From Octopus vulgaris (taxonomy: Eukaryota), in assembly GCA_951406725.2 (NCBI GenBank), contig OX597836.1, forward strand, positions 32,612,001-32,676,000: a DNA stretch of 64,000 bases, read 5' to 3'. Position numbers and translations under genes: made by a program. The notes beneath the pieces were generated by a model. The model made no database searches and was not told where the DNA came from. It worked only from the letters and a program-made list of their open reading frames with translations. Shown piece after piece: positions 11,452-22,890 of this stretch. Positions within the stretch are counted from its first letter, which is position 1. Every line of letters begins with the position of its first letter.

Positions 11452-11970
11452 TGCCAGCACCGCCTCGACTGGCTTCCGTGCCGGTGGCACATAAAATACA
11501 CCAATCTGACCGTGGCCGTTGCCAGCCCCGCCTGGCACCTGTGCAGGTGGCACGTAAAAAGCACCCACTACACTCACGGAGTGGTTGGCGTTAGGAAGGG
11601 CATCCAGCTGTAGAAACATTGCCAAATTTAGACTGGAGCCTGGTGCAGCCTTCTGGCTTCCCAGAACCCCGGTCGAACCGTCCAACCCATGCTAGCATGG
11701 AGAACGGACGTTAAACGACGATGATACACGCCACTAAAGTGACTGAGGGTATTCAGCAGCAGTATTGCTAGAAATAAGAATTTAAAACAGCTCATAGCCA
11801 CAATAACACAACATCTTATTTACAGTGCATTATTAAGGCTATGAGTGGTTTTCACTCTTATTTCTAGCAATACTGGTGGTGAATACTGCCCTCGGTTGCT
11901 TTAGTGACTTAAATATATTTCTGCTTTTCAGCTGAAAAATTGCTAACAAGCCACTCTTACTATTTATATT

Positions 11971-12002
<32 letters not shown>

Positions 12003-12364
12003 TGTATGTATGTATGTATGTATGTATGTATGTATGTATGTATGTATGTGTGTGTGTGTGTATATGTATATATGTATATATATATATATATATTTAAATA
12101 ATAAGGATTAAAAATTGATAATAATTAGATTAATATAAATTTAAACCATTGGCCTAGCATATTGAAAAAACCTGAAGATTCAGAAAATTATATTACATAT
12201 ATATATATAAGAGGAATGACCACTAAGTGGACTCCTGATATGCTAAATGTAAACCCCCCTGCCCATGGTCTGACCACTCAGAAAAATTGTTCTCAAAAAA
12301 ATTCGGCAAATGCCAGGACGTAAATCAAGCAAGACAAATGAAAAGATACAAAATATAATGATTA

Positions 12365-12428
12365 GTCACATACCAGGTTTCATTTTACCATTTACATTAC
12401 ATAAATGTCTGCAAATCATCAGTGTAAC
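12365..12428 (-). ncRNA. Type-I hammerhead ribozyme motif (second family)
   Basis: GTTACA CTGATGA TTTGC-aga-CATTTAT-gtaat-GTAAATG-GTAAA-at GAAA CCTGG TA TGTGAC: 6-bp stem I, GUA triplet. Confidence 0.6.
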
Positions 12429-14383
12429 CGTCATAGAAAATATAATTTGCAGAACCATACATGAGATGGTATGTGATTAATCATTATATTTTGTATATTT
12501 TCATTTGTCATGCTCGCTTTATGTTCTGGCATTACGTTCTGGCATTCAAGGCCAACAATTTCAGGGTTGGGAGTAAGTCAGTTACACCAAACCCAGTGCT
12601 TAACTGGTACTTACACTATCAACCCCCAAAACGATGAAATGGAATACACCTGGTAGCTTACTGGTAAAGCACATTTACTTTAATAATAATAATAATAAGG
12701 AAATTATTGTATACAGTGCTCAGGTGCACCACAACTTGTCAGAAAGTGCATATAAAGTACATGCAGTAATGTAGAAATGTCTGGAAAGTGAACAGTGTAT
12801 GATTCAGATACATGCTTGTGTGTGTATGAAGGGGAGAAAATCAAGTGTAGTGTTGGCGAATCTCAGGTGTTCACGGTGTTCGTTGGGTATTTGATTAATG
12901 AGAGAAACAGAAGATGGAAGATATGAGAATGTTTATCAATCACTACAATTGTTTTGACCCACCTAGCATTGACAGTTCATGGGTGGGATACTTAACAACT
13001 GGATAGCCTTTGCTGAATTTGAACACGTAAAAAGCACCATCCGATCGTGGCCATTGCCAGCCTCACCTGGCTTCCATGCTGGTGGCACGTAAAAAGCACC
13101 ATCCGATCGTGGCCGTTTGCCAGCCTCGTCTGGCACATGAAAAGCACTCACTAAACTCATGGAGTGGTTGGTGTTAGGAAGGGCATCCAGCCATAGAAAC
13201 ATTGCCAGATCACACTGGGCCTGGTGCAGCCTTCTGGCTTCCCAGACCCCAGTTGAACCGTCCAACCCATGCCAGCATGGAAAGCGGATGCTAAACGATG
13301 ATGATGATGATGATTATGATGGGCATAATGCTGCTAGGCAGTTTATCATGCCATAGATTGTTGATAATCACAGAGAAATTGCTGACCAGTTTATTATCTA
13401 TTATCGGAGCAGATATAGCTTGGATTTGTCACTATGTTGTTGGAAGATTTTGACCAAGTGTCCAGTTTAAGAGTAACTTCCTCGCCTCCACCCATCTCAC
13501 CAGTAGTTTCAAAGACCTTGAACAGGCCCTGGCTCATGACAACTGCTCTTCACTCCTTGCTAAAGCAGTAAAAGAAAGAATAAAATATTATGATGAAAGA
13601 AAGTGAAATCGGCTAATTATTGAATATTGTAGTTTAGTAATCCTGGTTATGTCAGCATTATATGGAATTAACACAGAATCATTATACACAAAGATAATGT
13701 GTGTTGTGTTGTATGTATGTTTGAGTGTGTGTCTTTGTGTGTGTGTTTGTGTGTCTTTGTGTGTGAATGTGTTCATCTATGAGTGCATATGCTCATGTTT
13801 GTGTGCATGTGTGTGAGTGCATGTATGTATGCGTGAATGCTTCTGTATGCGTGTGTGTGTATGAATGTATGTAAATGTGTGTGTATTTGTGTCTATGTGC
13901 ACATGCGCACACATGTGTATGTGTATACTCTTCCATCCTTCCCAGCGATTTCAGTCATTAGCTGTGGCCACACTGGAGCACTGATATCAGTTTATAAATT
14001 TAAGAAAGCTAAAAAATTGTGTCTCCATGCAAGACGCTATTCTCTGACAATCAATTTAAGCATTAAATTTCAGTTTGCAGTTTCACCATTGTGTGTTTCC
14101 AAAGAAATGCAATTACAATGTTTTTCATCCATGACTGTTCCCAATACAAAGTTTGTTTGATATATACATATACATATACACATATAGTAATAATAATAAT
14201 AATAATAACAATAGTCCATGGATGGAATTTATTAATATTTCAATGCATCGCTACGTGCATTTCCACAGATCCTGTGTCCCTTAAGATCATAGTCCATATT
14301 CCTGGGATGATTGCAGTACAGTCCATAGTATCCATGGACATCAGGTTGATCATGTTCACACATTTACTTCTGGCCAGTCATAT

Positions 14384-14442
14384 AGCGACCATTGGTTTCA
14401 CACCTATAAAGCACTTAGCAGTATAGGCGACTCGTCAGGCTC
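14384..14442 (-). ncRNA. Type-I hammerhead ribozyme motif (third family)
   Basis: AGC CTGACGA GT CGCCTATA ctgctaagtgctt TATAGGTG T GAAA CC aat GG TC GCT: GUC triplet, 8-bp stem II, 3-bp stem I. Confidence 0.6.
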
Positions 14443-14608
14443 AAAAGCTGTTTGTTTGAGTCTGATGAGTTGCCTATACTGCAAAGCACATTATAGATGC
14501 AAAACTATCAATACTCTTCCATCCTTCCCACCGATTTCAGTCATTAGCTGTGGCTAAAAAATAAGGGTCACTCTACGACCAGTCATAACTTCTAACTTCC
14601 ATATACAT

Positions 14609-14889
14609 TATTAAAATTATTTATATTTGATGGATATTTATCCTCATCTTGTTTGTTGTTAACACAACGTTTCGGCTGATTTACCCTCCAGCCTTCTTCA
14701 GGTGTCTTGGGGATATGGCGTAGTGGTTAAGCGTGCGGGTTTGAAATTTCCCCAAGACACCTGAAGAAGGCTGGAGGGTATATCAGTTGAAACGTGTTAA
14801 CAACAAACAAGTTGAGGACAAATATCTGTCGAATGTAAATAATATAAATAACGTACATAATTCCTCATCTCTTAAATATAGAACTGTAT
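14609..14889 (+). mobile_element. Hammerhead-bearing SINE-like element, insertion 1 (5' inverted duplication, 12-bp TSD)
   Basis: TSD ttccatatacat (14597-14608 / 14890-14901); inverted arms around a partial tRNA-like head; same family as 32749-33091. Confidence 0.8.
14661..14706 (-). ncRNA. Minimal type-I hammerhead ribozyme motif
   Basis: GACAC CTGAAGA A GGCTG gagggtaaat CAGCC GAAA CG TT GTGTT: 5-bp stem I, 5-bp stem II, palindromic ACGT stem III. Activity untested. Confidence 0.65.
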
Positions 14890-15175
14890 TTCCATATACA
14901 TGTACACACACACACACACATTATTGATGTCATAAGAATCAACAAATTTTCAAGAGAACATAAAATAATCCCTGCCTGGAAGAGTGGATCTTGAAGCACA
15001 CAATAAGCATGCAACTTGCAAATATTGGGTCAAAAAAAAAAACCCACAGTATAGAAAATGTTGAAGTCTGAGTTGAGGTTTTTCTATCCAGCAAGGTTTT
15101 TTCAACCCAATATTTCTGTGCTGTTGTTTATGGTTTTGTGTGGTTTGAGCTCCACTGATCTTAGGACAAGATATA

Positions 15176-15212
<37 letters not shown>

Positions 15213-15221
15213 TTCCATAAC

Positions 15222-15259
<38 letters not shown>

Positions 15260-15271
15260 TTCCATAACTCT

Positions 15272-15315
<44 letters not shown>

Positions 15316-15816
15316 GAATAAATGAAGTAGAGTATCTGAATACCACATTTGTATATTTTACTTATATAGACTAAACTTGCTGGCCTCTGTATTATTATTA
15401 TTATTATTATTAATAATGATAATAATAATAATAATGGTAATAATACTTTATTAAATTTCATATTGTACTGACTCACTTTATGTTAATTTTTAAATGTCGT
15501 GGAGGCATTCAGATGAACAAATGCGCATGGCGTAATGTGATGAATATTTTGAAAAATAGATTAATACAGTAAGCTTGGATACTGATCCTTAAGTACTAAG
15601 GTACAAAAGGTGAGATCAATCGATACCAAGATATCTGTTTCTTGCTTTGTGATAAGCCCTATTCTATTATATTCATTGCATTCACTGTGCGTATTTCCTA
15701 ATAGTAAGAAATTTGTGGTTTTGGAGTGTTAACTCCTCTTTCTAGCAAGTGGTATTCTGGTACCTTATTCTATTTATTTGTATATTTTACTTATATAGGT
15801 TAAACTTACTGGCCAC

Positions 15817-15856
<40 letters not shown>

Positions 15857-15890
15857 GTAATGATACTTTATTAAATTATATATATATCAC

Positions 15891-15946
<56 letters not shown>

Positions 15947-16089
15947 TATATAATATATATGTTATATATATATATATACATATAATTGTTTCTTTGTTTT
16001 GGAATCGATACAAAAGATATTGAAGGGAAAGTAAAAAATAATCACAATCATGTTATGTTTTGTTTTATTTTTTTATTTTTGAATTTCAG

Positions 16090-16110
16090 AACGCACCCCC
16101 ATCAGACGAG
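16090..16110 (+). CDS. Candidate 21-nt microexon of the ferlin gene (NAPPSDE)
   Basis: T-rich tract plus tttcag acceptor; GAG|gttggt donor; 7 codons, phase 0-0; GC-richer than its flanks. Confidence 0.5.
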
Positions 16111-16825
16111 GTTGGTATATTAAAAAAATTTGTGCAATGTTGCAAACAAAATTCAATCAAACCTCTTCAAAACAGGTAGAATATTCCAAGAAATGAATTC
16201 AAACTTAGCAAGGGTCATTATTATATTACATCATGGAGGGGGGGGGACTTTTTTGGCTGGAAGGAGGTTTTGTATTTTTCCATTTAAACTAGAACCTATG
16301 TTATTCAAGAGGGAATAACAGAGAGCTGTTTGGGGAGCCCCATGCAAAAACTTAGATTACTCTGGCACATCAAAATCATGTGTCCCTCCTAATTTCTGGG
16401 TGCCAATTTAGCTATGTCTATCTCACTGATCTCACCTACCTGTCATAAAACCCAGAAGAGGGCAGCACCTCATTTTCAACCTGTATCTTCCTCTACATGT
16501 GAAACTTGAAGAAGTGGATGAAAGCTGGACCTAAGAGAAAATACTGATTTCAAATTTTGGAACAAGGCCAGGGATTTTGTGGGAGGGAATTAATCAGTTG
16601 CATAGCACCTTCTTCCCTGCTCCCAGTGCTCAACTGGTACTTATTTTATCAACCCTCAAAAGGATGAAAGGCAAAGTCGACCTCAACAAAATTTGAACTC
16701 AGAACATGAAGACAGATGAAATGCCACTGAAGAGATTGCTCCCTGTGCTAATGATTCTGCCAGCTTACCAGCTTAGAAAGAAACACTAATACAGGTTTTC
16801 TGTATTCATATGTTTGTCTAGTGAA

Positions 16826-17130
16826 GGTACATGGCTCAGTGGTTAGAGCATTAGGCCCACAATCATGAGATAGGCTGTGTTGTGTTCTTGAGCAAGACAC
16901 TTATTTCACATTGTTCTGGTTCATTCAGCTGTAGAAATGAGTTGCAATGTCACTGATGTCAAGGTGTATCGGCCTTTGCCTTTCCCTTGGATAACATTGG
17001 TGGCATCGAGATGGGAGTCTGCTATGCTTGAGTGAATGCTGGTCTTCCATAAACAACTTTTCCTGGACTTGTGCCTCAGAAGTGAACTTTCTAGGTGCAA
17101 TCTCATGGTCATTCGTGACTGAAGTGGGGG
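16826..17130 (+). mobile_element. tRNA-derived SINE family E (also ~17478-17660; reverse fragments ~32330, ~45790, ~53345)
   Basis: tggctcagtggttagagca head; tgtgttcttgagcaagacactt core shared between copies. Confidence 0.7.
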
Positions 17131-18003
17131 GTTTCTATGTTTGTCCATCAAAGTGATGAGGACCATCTTGTGATCCTTAAAGATGATTGATGACTTTCAT
17201 GGTAACTTTGTTTAAAGTAAAGGAGAATTACACACCATCAACCTCACTTATCTGTGACCCTCTTCAATCCAGTAGTAAGACCAGGTCAAGATGACTAGGA
17301 ATGGAGACAAATGCAACGGATGACCACGAGATCTTAACTCTACTTCTTCCCTGCATTCCACAATACATTACTGCAGCTATTGCCTTAGGGTTCTTCTATA
17401 AAGTTCCCCAGATCCAGCCTTCACCTGCATAGGTATGCAAACCTGAATATACTAATTAGCCCATAGCTTGGATCCTGAGAGTGTCAGGCTCACAATCATG
17501 AGGTAGTGAGTTCAATTCCTGAACCAGGTTATGTGTTGTGTTCTTGAGCAAGACACTTTATTTCATGCTACTCCAATTCACTCAGCTGTAGAAATGAGTT
17601 GCAATGTAACTGGTGCCAAGCTTATTGGGAGCAATCCCATGGTCATTCATGACCAAAAGAGGGTCCTTGGGTCCTGGCAGGTGCTACTGTCCCTAGCCAG
17701 AGTAGACCTGGGAACAATAGTGGTTAAGAGGTAGTTCCACACTCCACAAAACACTAGAACTGTGATATTAAGTTTCATGATTATTCCAGTAATGATGTTA
17801 ATTACCTACCAAAAAATAGAATTAGTATTCTCTGCAAGCCATATTGCTTCAATAGACTTGACATATCTCCATAGAAAATAGTTTCAAACATGACATTCCT
17901 CAACCAAAGACAAATTGGTATATAAAACTGCTTGCCACAGTTAAAGATAATGAGGTCTGAGGAGACTAGTGTACTACTAATTAAATTTGTATGTAATAAC
18001 TTT

Positions 18004-18053
<50 letters not shown>

Positions 18054-18428
18054 CATAGCCATGTATTGAGAGAGATTGGAGCATCATAGCCATGTGTTGA
18101 GAGAGATTCTTTGGGGTTTGAATAATTCACCTCTGGAAACATGGGTGTTTCGTTCAACATCCTTAAAAAATCCAATTTCAGGGACCTTTTGAGCAGGATG
18201 GGCTACTCGACCAGAAGAAAATTCTAAATGGGCCCCACCTGCAAGGTCATGCGCTGTTTATCTTGATATGAGATCACCATGTCGTGCACTTATGGTTGTG
18301 ATGCATGTGCTTAATGTACCCTTATCAGACGGGTAGTCATGATGGGTATACTGGGCTTCGTATATTTTACCCCAGTGTCACTTTGATGGCATGCACTGCT
18401 CTCACACTCATAATAATAATAATAATAA

Positions 18429-18459
<31 letters not shown>

Positions 18460-18736
18460 AAGAAGAAGAAGAAGAATAGTAGTAGTAGTAGTAGTAATAT
18501 TTCTTTATTACCCACAAGGGGCTAAACATAGAGGGGACAAACAAGGACAGACAAAGGGATTAAGTTGATTACATCAACTCCAGTGTGTTACTCGTACTTA
18601 ATTTATTGACCCTGAAAGGATGAAAGGTAAAGTTGACCTCGGCGGAATTTGAACTCAGAATGTAAGGGTAGATGCATTTTGTCCAGCATGCTAATGATTC
18701 TGCCAGCTCATTACCTTAATAGTAATGATGATGATA

Positions 18737-19390
18737 TGCAAAATATGTGTTGATGGAGAAGAAACAATAAATCACATTGTCTCTGGCTGCTCAGTCCTGG
18801 CTAAGAAGGAATATATTCACAGACAGGACAGAATTGGGACCTATATACACTGGAAGCTATGCCAACACTATGGAATAACAACAGAAAAAAAGATAGTATA
18901 GGCACACCCCAGAATGGGTCACAGAACATGAGGAAGCAACCATACTCTGGGATATGCCAAATCACACAGATAGAGAAATTAGGACCAATAGGCCAGATAT
19001 AGTTGTCAGAGATCATGAAAAATAATGCTTTCTAATTGATGTATCAATACCAACAGATGACAATGTTTCTCTAAAAGAAACAGAGAAGCTTTCAAAATAC
19101 AAAGATCTGGAAATAGAGGTAACTAGAATGTGGAGCCTAAAAACAGAAACAATTCCTATCATTGTAGGCGCATTAGGTATGATAAAAAACCATTCAGACA
19201 AATATATAAGAAAAACACCAGGACTTATAAATATACATAACGTACAGAAAATAGCACTACTAGGCACTGCACACATCTTACATAATAAGTGAAAATAAGA
19301 GCACCACAACAAACCACAGCACATACCCAAGGCACACAGAGCTGTGCTCGGTAGTGAAGTGAAAGCACTCAATAAAAATAAGAGTATGGA
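18737..19390 (+). mobile_element. R4/Dong-clade (RLE) non-LTR retrotransposon 3' remnant followed by (TAA)n
   Basis: Manual translation CKIC..GEETINHIVSGC (CCHC), NRPDIVV, LIDVSIP, EKLSKYKDL, PIIVGALG, QKIALLGTAHIL; two in-frame stops; followed by ~150 bp (AAT)n. Confidence 0.85.
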
Positions 19391-19470
19391 ATAATAATAA
19401 TAATAATAATAACCTTAATAATAATAATAATAATAATGAGAATAATGATGATGATAATAATAATAATAAC

Positions 19471-19521
<51 letters not shown>

Positions 19522-22419
19522 TAATAATAATAATAATAATTGTTTACAAGGTCAGCTATTTTCAGGGAAGGGTATTAGTTCATTATATTAACTTTAGTAC
19601 TTCAGATACTTAATTTTATCAGACCCCCATCCCAGTACTTGACTGGTACTTTATTTATCAGTTTGTAGAGGGATAAAAAGGAGCAAAGCTATAAGTTTCA
19701 ACTGTGTCCTCCACATGGCTTTTACCAACTGCTGTCATTTTTATTGTTCAATTGTTCACCTGCAGAAATATTTTTCATTCTAACTCCACCACATTTTTGC
19801 TCACTTTGCATTTTACAAATCACTTCTTCAGATTTCATCTCACGGCTGTGTTTTAATGAATATATTCACTTCTGTTGCACATTGTTTCATGGAGTATATA
19901 TATATATATATATATATCTTTCTGCTGTTTTAATGGCTATAATGTGTTCAAAATATTACTTTCTTGTATGTTTATACACACACACATACATATACACACA
20001 CACACATATACACACACAAACACACATACATATACACACACAATGGTGTACCGAAAAGTTTCTGACTTTGAGTAAAAGAAAATACAGGAGGATTATTCAG
20101 TTATGATTTTATTGAACTTATTCCTCTCTCAGATTCACACGTTGCAGTGGTCCTTCAGCTTTTCCAAGCCCTGTAAAAGAACTTGGAAAGTTGGGCCTCT
20201 AGCTAGACCTTTTCCAATACCCTTAAAGCCAGGAACTTTTAAGCACTTCCTCGTGTATGTACCCATCAATATATATATTCAACAAAAGGAAAAAGTACTC
20301 AATGCATAAAGTAGAGTTAATAATAGTAATCTTTTCTACTAAATGCACAAGGCCTGAAATTTTGGGGGAGGGGCTGAATAGATTATATTGACTTAAGTAC
20401 TCAATTGGTACTTTGTTTATTGTTCCCCAAAAGATACATAAAGCAACATTAAAAGACACACAAACATAAAAGACAAAAATAACGATATATTGAGTTTTAC
20501 AGTGTGTAAACATTTGAAAACAATAAAAAATTTAAAAAATTAATACTCCCAATAGGGGAGGCGCTTTAAGGTCCTCGTGGAAAAATCCACAAAAGCCATG
20601 GGTGCCTGATCAACAGGGCAAGAGCCCTTCTCCTCTAATTTTTTCACAGGTGTATGCTCAGAATTGGTCCGTTCACACTGGCCATTCTTCCAACATTCAC
20701 CCACTTTTCAACAAACTTGTTAGAAGTCAATACTTCCTTCTCCACCCTCAACTTCCTTTACAAGGAGGAATTGTAAGCTTGCAACAGGAAACAACTCTGA
20801 TGAGGGCATTGACTAAACACTTCTTTTCAAGAGTTTAAATGTGTATGTGTGTGTATGTGCAAGCTTGCAACAGGGAACAACTTTCATGAGGGCATTTACT
20901 AAACACTTCTTTCCAGGAGTTTGTGCGATTGTGCATACACACACACACAAATGCACACAAAATGGCACAGATGTTTGTATGTACTTAAATACATATACTT
21001 ATATCTTGGTGAATTGCTTAAGAAACTGAATAACAACTCATACAGGCTAGTTTTTTTTAAATCTGTTATTTCACTCAACTTACAGTATTGAGTACTTTTT
21101 CCTTACTTCATTGCAATTCACATCTATATGAAACCAGAACCCTATACACACCCTATACATACCATTATTTTTGCTTTTTTTCTGTTATTTCATACAGGAA
21201 TTCATATTGCTTCCAGTGACATTTCTTAAAGAAGGCACAATTCCTTGTTATTATGCCCAAATATTTTCTTCAATTGTACATACAGTTGTCAATGTTGTTG
21301 TTGATGTTATTGCTTAGCTCCAGGTCAGCACTGGTCAAGCAAGCTTATGATAAAAAAAAGGCTTTCCTATCATGACTATCACACCTTTGTTTTTACATCA
21401 GGAACTACACTGTCCATTATATCCCGCTTCATTTCAAAACATCCAGATGCATAATGGGGGGGAGGGGGATTTGGCTGCTATTTCTACCTAGATAATCGAC
21501 CACTATGGAGGCTCCTTCATTAGCATGGGTTGACAATGTTTGTCACACAGCATATTGTTATTTATTTAATGTGTGAAACCTAGCACTCCTCATTCCTGAC
21601 CTTCCCTGTTTATTTCATTACAAAATTAAACCTGAATACTTTTCACATTTTTGCACTATTTTTATCTGTTTATTATTACAGTCTTTTGCTTCATAATTTT
21701 TGGTGCCAACCACATCTGGTTTTATGACTCATAGGAGTCCATTATAAAAGTGTTTATATCACGATTCCCCTTTTTTATGGGAGCACTGCATTCATGGAAA
21801 TCTCGGGTTTATTTTTATCTTACCTTTGACTTGTTTAGTCATTATTTTCAAAATTAATTGTGACAAAGGCTGTGTATTTCAATAAAAATATGCTAACAAA
21901 AAGTGTCAAAATCTAGATCCTTCAGCTAAAACCACTGCTCAGATTTTCATATCTGCTTGATAATGATAGTTGTTTTACTAAATCATTCATTATTTTCAAA
22001 ATTAATTGAAATAGAGTCAATGTGTTTCAGTAGAAATATTATAATGAAAGGGTTAACCACAGCTTCTGGCTTTTAACTCTTAAGCATTCAGATTTACTCT
22101 GCCAAATTATTATTACTATTATGGTTGGGTTCCAACCCAGGCCACAGTAACAAAGTCCACCCGTCACACATCTCAGTCTAATATCACTGCCTCAAAGTTC
22201 TGGATACATTCCAGGCCAGTGTCCACTATCAAGTTGCCAATGGAAGTGCGATGATGTTTTTCTCTTCTTACATCATGATGAAGTGGGTTCTACAAGACTA
22301 ATTCGGATGTAGAATCGGTGCTATTATATAGCAGCAAGACATAGACACTGACAAAGAAATTATCAAATGGGCTAAATGGATGTTACACAAAGATGCTATG
22401 AATGGCCCAAAATATGAAA

Positions 22420-22890
22420 TCATCATCATCATCGTTTAACGTCCGTTTTCCATGCTGGCATGGGTTGGATGGTTTGACTGAGGTCTGGAGAGCTAGCAGC
22501 TGCACCAGGCTCCAATCTGATCTGGCGATGTTCCTACAGCTGCATGCCCTTCCTAATGCCAACCACTCCAAAAGTGTAGTGGGTGCTTTTTATGTGCCAC
22601 CAGCATGGAAGCCAGTCAGGGGGTACTGGCATCAGCCACATTTGAATGGTGCTTTTTACTTGCCACCAGCACAGGAGCCAATCAGGTGAACCTGGCATCG
22701 ACCACATTCAAATGTTGCTTTTTGCGTGCCACCAGCATGGGAGCCAGTCAGTGGGTACTGGCATCGGCCACATTTAGATGGTTCTTTTTACATACCAGTG
22801 GCACAGGAGCCAGTCAGGCAGACCTGGCATCGACCACATTCGGATGTTGCTTTTTGCATGCCACTGGCATGGGAGCCAGTCAGGGGGCAC
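22420..22890 (-). mobile_element. Short retroposon sharing the RTE LINE 3' end, with ~5 internal ~58-bp tandem repeats
   Basis: (CAT)n tail then cgtttaacgtccgttttccatgctggcatggg..., the reverse complement of LINE 11560-11725. Confidence 0.8.

Larger units (their letters stand above)
9455..11725 (+). mobile_element. 5'-truncated RTE-type non-LTR retrotransposon (LINE), young copy
   Basis: Uninterrupted RT ORF, about 0.8 kb 3' UTR with tandem repeats, 3' end gttaaacgacgatgat. Possible 6-bp TSD atacac (9451-9456 / 11724-11729). Confidence 0.92.

Noticed and set aside
10834-11685. 283-aa - strand ORF with 53-aa repeats
   Set aside because: It is the antisense reading of the LINE 3' UTR; the 159-bp unit is a multiple of 3, which explains both the open frame and the repeats.
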